Made by a program: the position numbers and the translations under genes
Notes under the pieces: generated by a model
What the model saw: only the letters and a program-made list of their open reading frames with translations
The model's database searches: none
Told to the model about the DNA's origin: nothing
Assembly: GCA_048615375.1 (NCBI GenBank)
Contig: JBMCLJ010000005.1
Span: 1-31,527 of the forward strand
Source: Candidatus Dojkabacteria bacterium
GTDB lineage: Bacteria > Patescibacteriota > Dojkabacteria > JAOAGR01
Length of the DNA: 31,527 nucleotides
Reading direction: 5' to 3'
Part shown: positions 15,457-25,610 of the stretch, in pieces
Position numbering within the stretch: the first letter of the stretch is position 1
Layout of the letters: each line of letters opens with the position of its first letter

Positions 15457-16215
15457 ATGGACAGATTTCCGAGATTAGAAGAAAACACTAAAAAACCATC
15501 CTCCTCGCGGTTGGTTGTAATATTGCTTTCTGCAATTGCGTTAGTTCTGGTAGGGTTTCTCGTGTTCCGGTTCGCGTTCGCGGATACTTCAACCACAGAT
15601 ACCAATGAGGAAACCGCGCAGAATGAACAGAATGATGAGCAGACCTCTACACCCACCGAAGAACCGGCTGAGCAAACTCCCACCATTACTGAGGAGCCGA
15701 CTCCAACGGAGACAGAAGAGCCCACTCCTACCCCTACTCCATCTCCAACAGACAGCGATTCGAGTGGCACATCTGAGGGAGACTTTTCAGATATCGCGGG
15801 AGAAAATGATATAAATGTATATTTCAGTCGTGATCCTCAAGGAAACTCAGAGGGAGCAGTGTACTTTTTCCAGTATCCGAATGTGAATAGCGAAAACCCA
15901 ATCGCGTTCGCGATAGAAAAAACTATTGAAGGTCCTACCTCAGGTCAGGTCGACGCGGCTGAAGAGGATATTTTTTCGCCAATTACACTTACAGGTGAGT
16001 CAAACTGCGGTGGAGACGACTTTAAAGTCGCTCGCGATGGCAAAGATATAACCGTCCAGTTCTGCCGCGAACTCGACCTCTCCGGCAATAACTCCCCACT
16101 CCGGGTTCGCCAGGTAGTAAAATTCAACACCCAGCAATTCTTCACCAATGAAGACGGAGATGTCGATGAAGAATTTAGTGTTACAGTTTTAGGGAAGGAT
16201 GGGGGGCAAATTTAA
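15457..16215 (+). CDS. secreted/membrane-anchored protein with N-terminal signal-anchor, Thr/Glu/Pro-rich low-complexity linker and a C-terminal GerMN-like domain
   Basis: N-terminal hydrophobic helix (LVVILLSAIALVLVGFLVF). Linker with EEPTPTE repeats. The C-terminal VYFSRD...AIEKTIEGPTSGQ resembles the GerMN (sporulation/germination-associated) domain pattern. Confidence 0.5.
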   Translation: MDRFPRLEENTKKPSSSRLVVILLSAIALVLVGFLVFRFAFADTSTTDTNEETAQNEQNDEQTSTPTEEPAEQTPTITEEPTPTETEEPTPTPTPSPTDSDSSGTSEGDFSDIAGENDINVYFSRDPQGNSEGAVYFFQYPNVNSENPIAFAIEKTIEGPTSGQVDAAEEDIFSPITLTGESNCGGDDFKVARDGKDITVQFCRELDLSGNNSPLRVRQVVKFNTQQFFTNEDGDVDEEFSVTVLGKDGGQI

Positions 16216-17098
16216 CTTAGCAATAATGGTCTGAGACCTCTTGCCACCGCCTCTAAGTATTCAGCGTGAACATCTGGTAAAGCGTAGGTACCTGTTTTTT
16301 CTTCCTCGGCAGATGCCAGAGCTAGAATAAGCTGTTCATGATCAATTGGTGATTTCGGATCGTCAGTAATCAATTTGAACCCAGTTTTTCCATCCTCAGG
16401 TTCCCCTACCGCAAATTCTAACAAAGTTCTATTCTCATCTGGTTGGGTAAGTGCTTCAAGCCAGTCAGGAACCTGGAAGTAACTTTTAATACCTAAGTCT
16501 AATAAATACTCACTTCCGATATTACCTTTTTTACTACGATTAAGTTCATGGCTTCCCACAAGTGATAAAGTTACATATTTTAGTCTCTGCTGTCCTTCTA
16601 CACTCACATTAAAATTTGGCAATAATGATACTGAACTCATAAACCACTTATTATTAATCTGAAGCAAAGTTGCTCTCATGATTCTTTCAATACTATGCCA
16701 TTCTTGAATACCACTTAGCTCTTCCTGATCAAGTATTATTTCTCCAGCACAACCATCTGCTGGTTGAAGAGTTCTATGTAATATCTTAGCTTTCTCCTCT
16801 TGAGGAATTAGGATTGGAGGGAGACTGACTCTCAGAAACAAACTTCTCCGTACTTTGGATCTGTTCGTAAACCAGGACACATAATCAACGGGTCATCAAG
16901 GCTTTTTTGTGAAAATATCCAAAATGGATTCATTAAATCACTTGCTAATTGAGGGCATCGAGACTCAAATTCACCTGTGGATAGCAACACCTCAGAAACG
17001 TGAGTTCCATCTATTAATGAACCGAGATTTATGATCTTGTGACCAGTAGGTAGATCACCTTCTGGTTCTACAAATAAAATAAAATTTCCTGCTGCCAT
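16212..17098 (-). pseudogene. frameshifted gene of unknown function (two overlapping ORFs 16832..17098 and 16212..16880 in different frames)
   Basis: The 88-aa and 222-aa ORFs overlap by 49 nt in different frames. The upstream ORF has no good ATG/SD of its own (the track's start is GTG). Together they would encode a ~300-aa protein. The shift lies within 16832-16893, where no homopolymer run is present. Confidence 0.35.
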
Positions 17099-17189
17099 AA
17101 TTTATGATAGTAAAAATATAAACCGAAGTGTATAATATTTAACAGATATGTAAATATATAACTGTTATATCAATCACGCAAGACGGGCA

Positions 17190-20100
17190 ATGGTGTACAA
17201 TGCTGATATGACCATGACCTTTGATGAACAGTATGCCCGCTTAAATCCTGACCAGAAACTCGCGGTAGACACAATCGATGGGCCAGTGCTGGTAATCGCG
17301 GGACCTGGAACCGGAAAAACTCAGGTACTCGGACTGCGCATCGCGAATATCCTGAAAGTGACCGACTCAGATCCCGGCTCTATACTCTGCCTTACCTTCC
17401 AGGACGCTTCCGTCCAGGCGATGAAGACACGATTGCAAAAATTCATCGGCAACGCCGCGTATAAAGTAAATATCCATACCTTCCACTCGTTCTGCTCGGA
17501 AATCATCCGTACCTTTCCCTACGAGTTTGAATTCACCGATGACGTTGAGGCGATAACAGATATTGATAAACTCCAGATCTACAAGGATATCCTTACCCAC
17601 AACAAACTCACCTCACTCCAACAACGAAACGATATACTCGGAAACTTCAAGGGGATTTCCAGCGCGATTTCTAATTTAAAAAAAGAATTTGTTTCTCCAC
17701 AAAAACTCGCGATACTTATCGAAAACTACGAACACTCCCTCGAAGAAAAAGTCCGTAAACTTGAAGCGAGGAAAATAGAAAAAATGCGTGATTTGCACAC
17801 ATTCTATAGCAAATATCTCGAACGGATGCAGGAAAGTAACCTTATCGACTTCGACGATATGATCTACAAAGTGACTGAACGCTTCAGCACGAATGAAGAG
17901 TTAGTTACCTACTTCCAGGAGCAGTACCTCTACACATTAGTTGACGAATTCCAGGACACAAACAACGCGCAACTTGAACTTATCAAATCAGTTTCCCGGT
18001 TCCAGGAGCTCGAATCCAATATCTTTGCCGTTGGTGACGATGACCAGACAATCTTTAGATTCCAGGGAGCCAGCAGTGATAACTTTGATGCCTTTCTCAA
18101 TATATTCCCTCAAAGTGAAATAATCGTCCTCCACACAAACTACCGCTCTAACCAGAGAATTATCGACGCTTCTGCGGATTTAATCCAGCATAACCCTGGA
18201 CGAATCAGTGAATCTGAGCTGTTCCAGGATAAGAACCTCTCAAAACACTTTACTGCTTCTCAAACTTCAACAGCCCCGGAAAATACCCAGGCACATGAAT
18301 TTGATCACTCATTCCATGAAGACTTCTGGATCGGCAGAAAAATCACTGAACTGACACAACAAGGCGTAAAACTGAGTGATATCGCGATCATCGCTCGTAC
18401 AAACAGGCAAATTGTAAGTATTACGAAATTTCTCGATTCATTTAACCTTCCCTACCTCATTCGCCGATCTGAATCAATTCTTGAAGACAAACACATTAAA
18501 AACCTCATTACCATTCTCGAAATCATACACTCGCCTGAAAAGCTGAAAGACAATGCTCTCATGTGGGAAGTTCTCTCACAGGACTTTCTTGGACAGAATG
18601 ATTTTGACGTATTTGCTCTCTATCATGACGCGAAAGAACGGGAAATGACGATGTATGACTTTGTTAAAAAGACCAATCTTCCGAAGTATAATGATATTTT
18701 AACGTTCCTGAACCAGATTCTGGCGTTGAACCAATACAGTTTAAATAACAGTATCGCAAACACCTTCACCAAAACTATTCATGGTTTACAGATTATAAAG
18801 TTTTTTGAATCCCTTCCTGATTCGTATACAAAAATAAATAAAGTTTCCTCCCTGTTCCAGTATATCTCGACCCGAATGAAATTCATAAAGGAATACTCGG
18901 TGGAAAAATTTCTGGATGAGATTCAGATCATGCTTGATAAGAATATTGTCCTGAGTATTGACCCCATAGACATACACGCTGAAAATAAAGTCAATATAAT
19001 AACGGCACATTCGGCAAAAGGGCTTGAGTTCGAGTACGTCTTCGTGTACCAGTGCTCGGAAACCAAGTGGGAAAAACAGCGTGGTGGAAGTGACGCGGTA
19101 CCACTACCTCCAATGGTTCTCCGGGTCGATAAAGAAGTAAAAAAACTCGAGACAGAAATCGACGAAAGGCGGCTCTTCTATGTTGCCATGACCAGGGCAA
19201 AACGTGCGCTGTTTCTTACCTATTCAAAACGATACTTTGACTCAGACTCAGGAGAAGTTGATACATCAGACAAAACCCCTTCAAAGTTCCTCATTGAATC
19301 CGGCATCCAGGCTGAAACGCACCCGGAACTGGCAGAACACCACAATGAAATCATGAAGATAGTACTTGCTCCTGAGGAGCCGGTAGTTGTGCCTGATAAA
19401 AACAAAGCATTCCTGCAAGGATTAATCAGCAAGAAGGTAACGCTTTCCGCATCAAAACTCAACAGGTACAAAAAATGCAACTATCGATTTCTTTTAGAAC
19501 AGATTCTTGAAATACCGACTCCACAGAGCTTAAATCTCGAGATTGGCAGTGCCATTCACAAAGGCATAGAAATGCTCAATAAGTCGTATAACGTACAAGG
19601 AGATAAAGTATCCCATCTTTCTCTGGAGCAACTCACTACTATCGCGCTCGCAACCTTTGAAGTGAATCTTGATCGGGATCAACTGGTTGATACCGAGATA
19701 GGAAGTATTGATGTGGCGATAGAAGAAATTACAAGAGGACTTAAAGCGTATTTTGACTATTTTATGACAAAACCGGAAACAAGTTTTGTATCGGAATTTT
19801 TCGCGACAGGTGAATTTCAGGGTATAAAACTGGCTGGAAGAATTGACAGGATTGGTGGAAGCGAACAACTTGTTATTACTGATTTTAAAACAACTTCCAA
19901 TCTGCCGACGATTACCGAGTTTCTGGGTCTAACCAAACACGCTGACAAAGCGCACTTGAGACAGTTACTTTTCTATAGACTTTTACTTGAAAATTCGTAT
20001 ACCAGGAAAGCACGACAGTACGCGTCCAAAGTAGCGGGACTCTCGATCGAGTATATCGATACAAAGAAAGGTGAAGTTAAAGTATTTGATTTACCTCGAA

Positions 20101-20291
20101 GTGGTATATTCGAGTACCATCCTCGTGCAAATTCCAGGAAAACTGCGGAATTTGATCTCAATGTGGAGTTCGAACAGCTCAAAGAAGACCTGAAACATAG
20201 CTTCACTGCCATTGTCAATCTTGAATTTAATCGGACTGAAGACCGCCGGGAATGCCAGTATTGCCCGTTTAAAACTCACTGCGGAAGATAA
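17190..20291 (+). CDS. UvrD/PcrA-type SF1 helicase fused to a C-terminal PD-(D/E)xK RecB/Cas4-like nuclease with a four-Cys (Fe-S-type) cluster
   Basis: Helicase motifs I (AGPGTGKT), II (VDEFQDTN), III (GDDDQTIFRFQGA), IV (YRSNQRI), V (HSAKGLEFEYVFV) and VI (FYVAMTRAKRAL). The C-terminal nuclease carries GRIDRI and ITDFKTTS motifs, with Cys in CNYRF and in CQYCPFKTHC (C-x2-C-x5-C). Confidence 0.85.
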   Translation: MVYNADMTMTFDEQYARLNPDQKLAVDTIDGPVLVIAGPGTGKTQVLGLRIANILKVTDSDPGSILCLTFQDASVQAMKTRLQKFIGNAAYKVNIHTFHSFCSEIIRTFPYEFEFTDDVEAITDIDKLQIYKDILTHNKLTSLQQRNDILGNFKGISSAISNLKKEFVSPQKLAILIENYEHSLEEKVRKLEARKIEKMRDLHTFYSKYLERMQESNLIDFDDMIYKVTERFSTNEELVTYFQEQYLYTLVDEFQDTNNAQLELIKSVSRFQELESNIFAVGDDDQTIFRFQGASSDNFDAFLNIFPQSEIIVLHTNYRSNQRIIDASADLIQHNPGRISESELFQDKNLSKHFTASQTSTAPENTQAHEFDHSFHEDFWIGRKITELTQQGVKLSDIAIIARTNRQIVSITKFLDSFNLPYLIRRSESILEDKHIKNLITILEIIHSPEKLKDNALMWEVLSQDFLGQNDFDVFALYHDAKEREMTMYDFVKKTNLPKYNDILTFLNQILALNQYSLNNSIANTFTKTIHGLQIIKFFESLPDSYTKINKVSSLFQYISTRMKFIKEYSVEKFLDEIQIMLDKNIVLSIDPIDIHAENKVNIITAHSAKGLEFEYVFVYQCSETKWEKQRGGSDAVPLPPMVLRVDKEVKKLETEIDERRLFYVAMTRAKRALFLTYSKRYFDSDSGEVDTSDKTPSKFLIESGIQAETHPELAEHHNEIMKIVLAPEEPVVVPDKNKAFLQGLISKKVTLSASKLNRYKKCNYRFLLEQILEIPTPQSLNLEIGSAIHKGIEMLNKSYNVQGDKVSHLSLEQLTTIALATFEVNLDRDQLVDTEIGSIDVAIEEITRGLKAYFDYFMTKPETSFVSEFFATGEFQGIKLAGRIDRIGGSEQLVITDFKTTSNLPTITEFLGLTKHADKAHLRQLLFYRLLLENSYTRKARQYASKVAGLSIEYIDTKKGEVKVFDLPRSGIFEYHPRANSRKTAEFDLNVEFEQLKEDLKHSFTAIVNLEFNRTEDRRECQYCPFKTHCGR

Positions 20292-20331
20292 ATTATTTTA
20301 TTAGATCAAAAGAAACCAGTACAATACAGCC

Positions 20332-22305
20332 ATGCAGTTACAAGATATTCGCGGAGTTGGACCGAGTGTAATCAGGAAACTTGAACGCCTGGGCATACAC
20401 ACCGTCAGGGATCTGCTTTACCACTTTCCATTCAGATATGTTGATAGAACCAGGAGTTTAAAAGTAGTTGACATAAAAATGGTGAGTGAAGAAACGTTCC
20501 ACTGCATTGGTACTATTCATCATATAAAAAAGATCCGACTGAGAAACAGGCGGGAAATGTCCACAGCTCAATTAAAAGATGACACGGGCTACATAAACGC
20601 AACCTGGTTTAATAATCCATACATCGCTTCACAGTATAAAGAAGGTGATCAAGTAATTTTTTCCGGGGTAATGAGTAAAGGTAAATTTTCTAACCCGAAG
20701 ATAAAAAAAATACACTCGCAGGAAGATATCGACAGATTTGCTACAATCGAAGCCGTGTACCCGGAAACAAAAGGGCTAAAGTCTTACCTGATCAACAGGT
20801 ATATAAAAGAAGTCGTGACTCACCTTCCAGCAAATAGTGAACTGCTTTTTGAGCCGTTGCCTAAAACAGTACGGGAAAATGAGGGGTTATTACCTGTTAT
20901 AACCGGGTTACAGTTCATCCACTTCCCTCAGAATCAGGAGGAGTTGAAGCGGGCGCGAGAACGTTTTGCATTTGAAGAGATTTACAAAATACTGTTGCTT
21001 GCCAGAGAACGTAAAAAACACATTGTTTCAATCCCTGCTACCCCACTCCGCGTTAACTGGGCAAAGCACAAACAGTTACTGAAACACGTTTCATTTGAAC
21101 TTACCCAGTCTCAGGAGCAGGCATTGCAGGAGATTTTTACCGACATGGAGAAAAAAGTGCCAATGCATCGATTACTCAATGGCGACGTTGGTTCAGGTAA
21201 AACAATTGTGGCAGCAGCGGCTATGTGGCAAGCAGTACATAATGGCACTCAAGCGATTCTGCTCGCTCCCACCTCAGTACTCGCACGGCAACACTATGAG
21301 ACTTTTCACAATTTATTCCAGGATAGCGGGATTGATATTTTTCTTGAAACTTCTGCAACTCACAGGCACATAGCTGACAAGCAGGAGCTTCTCGCCCAAG
21401 GAGAACTCCACAATCAGATTATTATCGGGACTCATGCCTTGATCCATCGTGCGGAACTTCTCAGAAATGTAGGTCTTGTGGTAATTGACGAACAACACAG
21501 GTTTGGAGTGGCACAACGTGAGTTCCTTGAGTATGTCGCACATATAAACAGTGAAGAAAAAACCACTAAAGTATTACCTCATACATTGTCAATGTCTGCG
21601 ACACCAATTCCTAGAAGTATGGCGCTGACATTTTTTGGTGATATTGATGTATCTTTTCTGGAAAAACCGGTGGAAAGAAAACCGATAATAACCCGAATTA
21701 TCGCTAATCAGGAAATAGAATCACAAATGTACGAATGGATCAGGACACAAATATCCCGTAATGAAGCTCAGGTATATGTAGTATGCCCCCTTATTGAAGA
21801 GTCAAAAGTTATAGACGCAAAGGCAGTCACATTGGAATTTGAAAACCTTAAGAGACTATATCCGGAATTTAAAGTTGAACTACTCCATGGGCGTCTCTCA
21901 CAAACAAAAAAAGATGAAGTTCTCTCCCGGTTTAAAGCTCGGGATTTTGAAGTACTTGTATCAACATCCGTCATTGAAGTCGGAATTGACAATCCCAATG
22001 CTACGATTATGATCATCGAAGGTGCTGAACGATTTGGCCTCGCACAGCTGCATCAGATACGCGGTCGTGTTGGGCGTTCTGATAAACAGTCGTATTGCTT
22101 CCTTAAACCAACCCAATTACGTTCCAATTCGCGACTTGAGTTTTTTGCCGGAACGAACGATGGTTTTAAAATCGCTGAATATGACCTGCAAACTCGTGGT
22201 CCTGGAGAGGTGTACGGCGATATTCAGGCAGGTATACCAGATTTAAAGATCGCAAATATTATGGATCTTGAACTTGTTAAGAGAGTTAAAAAATATATTG
22301 TCTAG
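20332..22305 (+). CDS. recG: ATP-dependent DNA helicase RecG
   Basis: N-terminal LQDIRGVGPSVIRKLERLGIHTVRDLLYHFPFRY wedge-domain start, helicase motifs GDVGSGKT, VIDEQHRFG (DEQH) and QLHQIRGRVGR, and RecG-typical length. Confidence 0.9.
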   Translation: MQLQDIRGVGPSVIRKLERLGIHTVRDLLYHFPFRYVDRTRSLKVVDIKMVSEETFHCIGTIHHIKKIRLRNRREMSTAQLKDDTGYINATWFNNPYIASQYKEGDQVIFSGVMSKGKFSNPKIKKIHSQEDIDRFATIEAVYPETKGLKSYLINRYIKEVVTHLPANSELLFEPLPKTVRENEGLLPVITGLQFIHFPQNQEELKRARERFAFEEIYKILLLARERKKHIVSIPATPLRVNWAKHKQLLKHVSFELTQSQEQALQEIFTDMEKKVPMHRLLNGDVGSGKTIVAAAAMWQAVHNGTQAILLAPTSVLARQHYETFHNLFQDSGIDIFLETSATHRHIADKQELLAQGELHNQIIIGTHALIHRAELLRNVGLVVIDEQHRFGVAQREFLEYVAHINSEEKTTKVLPHTLSMSATPIPRSMALTFFGDIDVSFLEKPVERKPIITRIIANQEIESQMYEWIRTQISRNEAQVYVVCPLIEESKVIDAKAVTLEFENLKRLYPEFKVELLHGRLSQTKKDEVLSRFKARDFEVLVSTSVIEVGIDNPNATIMIIEGAERFGLAQLHQIRGRVGRSDKQSYCFLKPTQLRSNSRLEFFAGTNDGFKIAEYDLQTRGPGEVYGDIQAGIPDLKIANIMDLELVKRVKKYIV

Positions 22306-22314
22306 TACTACAGT

Positions 22315-22794
22315 TTAGTTTTTTATTCTGAGACATTCTGTCTGAAGGTCTCCTGTTAATTGAGTGCAGTCAAGATATTCCTGTTCTGGTGGATCGATTC
22401 CAATTATTGATAAACCCAGGAAAGCAATCCCAGGGGCGCCTATACCGACAATCATACCAAGCAGCGCGTTAACTACTTTACGAAAGTTTTCTTTACGCTT
22501 TTCTGCATCCTCTTTTGACTGAGCAATGCCTAAACCAGCTAAAGCAATGCGCGCGATAACAAGAACTACAATAATTACTACCCAAAATGCGTATGCTAAG
22601 TTAATGTACGTTTGAGGACCCCGTTTAATAAAGATTTCGTCCGTATTTACCTGGTTTAGCTCAAGTTTTTGAATGAAGCAGTCTGTTGTATCACATGCCT
22701 GAGCACTCACAGAACTATGTGTTAGTGCCCCTGCAACAAACACAACTACTCCAATGGAGAGTATACTTATACTGCTTTTAATAAACTTTTTCAT
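22315..22794 (-). CDS. TrbC/VirB2-like pilin family protein (signal peptide + two-helix hydrophobic hairpin)
   Basis: Signal peptide ending at the AQA cleavage site, then two long hydrophobic helices separated by a short charged loop (QSKEDAEKRKE). Cys pairs at both ends. The architecture is typical of T4SS-type pilin paralogues. Confidence 0.5.
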   Translation of the reverse strand: MKKFIKSSISILSIGVVVFVAGALTHSSVSAQACDTTDCFIQKLELNQVNTDEIFIKRGPQTYINLAYAFWVVIIVVLVIARIALAGLGIAQSKEDAEKRKENFRKVVNALLGMIVGIGAPGIAFLGLSIIGIDPPEQEYLDCTQLTGDLQTECLRIKN

Positions 22795-22799
22795 ACTCC

Positions 22800-23195
22800 T
22801 TAACCAAATAGCAAGAACATATCAGTTCCCGTAATAACTCCTATTAAATATAGAACAATCCAAATGGAATAAAATATAGCTGCGCCAACTGCTGGGTTCA
22901 CGATTCCTTTAAATGCCTCCTGTTTTTTATCAGGTGTATCAGCTAAGGCAATTTTCGCTGCTGCTCTGCCTATTGCAACGATTACGATCAAGGTTACCAC
23001 AATGGGTACAAACTGAACTGCTCGATTAATAAGTGTACCAATTGATATTTCTTTTGAAGGATCACAGTTTGGGTTAGTTAAACTGGGGACTACATTCTGA
23101 CACTGCGCGTGGGCGGGAGAATAAAGTATAGTAACAGCCATTACTATTCCTAGTATTCCTAGAGCTATACATATTTTTTTAACTTTATCGCGCAT
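22800..23195 (-). CDS. TrbC/VirB2-like pilin family protein (paralogue of the adjacent gene)
   Basis: Same architecture as the neighbouring gene: signal peptide (AHAQC), two TM helices with a charged loop (DTPDKKQEAFKG). The two genes are 5 bp apart and 4 bp upstream of pnp in the same orientation. Confidence 0.5.
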   Translation of the reverse strand: MRDKVKKICIALGILGIVMAVTILYSPAHAQCQNVVPSLTNPNCDPSKEISIGTLINRAVQFVPIVVTLIVIVAIGRAAAKIALADTPDKKQEAFKGIVNPAVGAAIFYSIWIVLYLIGVITGTDMFLLFG

Positions 23196-23199
23196 GTAC

Positions 23200-25305
23200 T
23201 CATATTTTTTCTTGCACAGGCATAAATTTAATTCGACCTTTTTCGTCTTTACCTTTATAGAGTACCTTCATTTTATCGCCTACATTTACTTTTTCTTTCA
23301 GATCTTTTACGTATCCCAGGTTCAAGTTTGAAACATGGATCATACCTTGCACACGAGTATACGGAATTTCAACAAAAATGCCATAGGACTCTACTCTTAC
23401 TACCTGGACATCATATTCCTGGTTTATATTCATATCTCCAGCTATCGAAGAAATAATTCCAATCGCTTCCTCAACACCAGCAGGATTATCTCCTGAGTAA
23501 ATCATAACTCTTCCATCGTCTTCAATATTTATTTCAACACCAGTTTTTTCAATAATACTCTTAATTACCTTTCCTCCAGGTCCGATGACTTCTCCAATTT
23601 TATCTTGAGGCACATGAAGTGTGTGGACACGTGGAGCGTACTTTGAAATTGATCCCCTTGAGCCAGGGATACACGCCTCCATTGCATCGATAACCACCTG
23701 TCGAGCAGTATGTGACTGGTCAATTGCTTCAAAAATAATATGACTTGGAATTCCGCTCATTTTATTATCAAGCTGGATTGCTGTAACACCATCTCTAGAA
23801 CCAGTTATTTTGAAATCCATATCACCATAGAAGTCTTCCATTCCGATGATATCAGTTAGTATCCTGTAATTTGACTCGTCTTCATACACCAATCCTACTC
23901 CTACTCCTCCGATAATTTTTTTTAACTCAACACCGGCATCCATTAATGCTAATGTTGATCCACATGTTGCAGCCATTGAGGTTGAACCGTTAGAAGAAGT
24001 AATCTCCGAAACAACTCGAATTGTATAAGGAAAATCTTCACCAACAGGAATCATATTCTTTAACGCCTTCTCACCAATTGCACCATGTCCAATTGCGCGC
24101 CTGTTGGCAAATCCCAGTCTTCTGTCAACTTCACCGTTCGCATACCCTGGCATATTGTAGTGGTGAAAATATGACTTTGAATACTCTCCACTCAGATCCT
24201 GAAGCATCTGAGCGTCACGTTCAGTTCCTAATGTCACTGTAGTAAGACTCTGAGTTTCTCCCCGTGAAAATAGCGCTGATCCATGTGTCCTTGGAAGCAC
24301 TCCAACACGAGCAGAAAGATCACGTACTGTTTTCAAATCTCTTCCGTCCGGGCGCTTATCACTTTTGAGTATATTTCTTCGTACAATCGTTTTGGCAACT
24401 TTCTCAAATACCGCAATAACATCGTTTTCCGTATATTCTTCTGATTGAATTTGTTCATCATACGCTTCGAGCAACTGTGCTTTTAGCTCTTTCATATGCT
24501 GCTCCCGCTCTGATTTTTCAACAATGTAAATTACTTGTTCTAACTTAGGGGTCAAATCACCTTGCACTTCATCAAACAGCGCTTTTCTTCGGTCATCTTT
24601 TACTGGTGATGTGAATTCCTTTTTTTCGTATTTTTGAATAAACGCTTCCTGTTCTGCTATTAACTTATTATTTTGTTCCAGTGCAAGCGTAATAGCCTGC
24701 TTCACCAGTTCTTTATCAAGATCATGCGCCTCTGATTCGAGTGATGTTATACCTTCTTTTACACTACTTACAAACAGTTCTAGTTTACTTTCTTTTTGTT
24801 GTTGTAGTGTTGGGTTAATTAGTAACTTCTCACCATTATAACCAATCAATGTTAATCCATAAGGACCCAGGAAAGGCAAACCTGAATATGATAGCGCAAA
24901 GCTCACTCCAATAAGCGCGGCAATAGCTGGGTCATGTTCATTGTCATATGACATAATCTGGGCAACGACATGTACTTCATTCCTGAAGTCTGGTGGGAAT
25001 AACGACCTGATTGCGTGATCAATAAGCCTCGCGTGGAGAATATCAGAGTCAGTTGGTCTTCCTTCACGCTTGATGTATGGCGACGAGGATATATCTCCAG
25101 CAGCATAAAGCTTTTCGACATAATCTACGGTCAACGGGAAGAAGTCGAGATCGGGGTTCACATCCCCCACCGTCACTGCAACAAGGACGCAGGACTCTCC
25201 GTAGGTCACTAAGAATGCCGATTGGGCGAGGTTAGCTATTTCTCCTGTTTCCAGCTTTAACTGTACGCCATTTAGATCAAATTCATGAGTAATTTTCGAT
25301 TGCAT
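23200..25305 (-). CDS. pnp: polyribonucleotide nucleotidyltransferase (PNPase)
   Basis: Two RNase PH domains, KH (GPGGKVIKSI) and S1 C-terminal domains, canonical N-terminus, 701 aa. Confidence 0.95.
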   Translation of the reverse strand: MQSKITHEFDLNGVQLKLETGEIANLAQSAFLVTYGESCVLVAVTVGDVNPDLDFFPLTVDYVEKLYAAGDISSSPYIKREGRPTDSDILHARLIDHAIRSLFPPDFRNEVHVVAQIMSYDNEHDPAIAALIGVSFALSYSGLPFLGPYGLTLIGYNGEKLLINPTLQQQKESKLELFVSSVKEGITSLESEAHDLDKELVKQAITLALEQNNKLIAEQEAFIQKYEKKEFTSPVKDDRRKALFDEVQGDLTPKLEQVIYIVEKSEREQHMKELKAQLLEAYDEQIQSEEYTENDVIAVFEKVAKTIVRRNILKSDKRPDGRDLKTVRDLSARVGVLPRTHGSALFSRGETQSLTTVTLGTERDAQMLQDLSGEYSKSYFHHYNMPGYANGEVDRRLGFANRRAIGHGAIGEKALKNMIPVGEDFPYTIRVVSEITSSNGSTSMAATCGSTLALMDAGVELKKIIGGVGVGLVYEDESNYRILTDIIGMEDFYGDMDFKITGSRDGVTAIQLDNKMSGIPSHIIFEAIDQSHTARQVVIDAMEACIPGSRGSISKYAPRVHTLHVPQDKIGEVIGPGGKVIKSIIEKTGVEINIEDDGRVMIYSGDNPAGVEEAIGIISSIAGDMNINQEYDVQVVRVESYGIFVEIPYTRVQGMIHVSNLNLGYVKDLKEKVNVGDKMKVLYKGKDEKGRIKFMPVQEKI

Positions 25306-25355
25306 AATAACTATTAACTATACTAGGATACTTCATTTTACAAGGAAAAGATATC

Positions 25356-25610
25356 TTACCTGGAAAGACCCGTAAGTTCCAGGACTTTCTTGTACCTCAC
25401 ATCATCTTTACGCTTTAAGTATTCCAGTAATCTTCTTCGTTTACCGACCATTTGCAATAAACCACGGCGGGAATGATTATCTTTCTTGTGTACTTTTAAA
25501 TGATCGCTTAAATCTAATATTTGCTTCGTTAACAATGCAACTTGAACCTCTGGAGACCCGGTATCGTTTGGGGAAACTGAAACCGCTTTCATAATCTCCT
25601 CCCTGTTCAT
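25356..25610 (-). CDS. rpsO: 30S ribosomal protein S15
   Basis: [13 protein letters not shown]...[28 protein letters not shown] matches S15 throughout. Start is taken at [10 protein letters not shown]. The longer ORF (to 25691) adds a lysine-rich extension that may or may not be translated. Confidence 0.9.
   Translation of the reverse strand: MNREEIMKAVSVSPNDTGSPEVQVALLTKQILDLSDHLKVHKKDNHSRRGLLQMVGKRRRLLEYLKRKDDVRYKKVLELTGLSR

Noticed and set aside
15315-15770. 151-aa minus-strand ORF rich in GVGVGSS repeats
   Set aside because: It is the antisense image of the Thr/Glu/Pro-rich repeat region of the plus-strand GerMN-like gene. It has no start context and overlaps a much better gene.
16832-16834. 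TGA recoding (code 4/25) to merge the two ORFs at 16.2-17.1 kb
   Set aside because: The ORFs are in different frames. Reading through the TGA in either frame hits another stop within a few codons. All long housekeeping genes are intact under the standard code.
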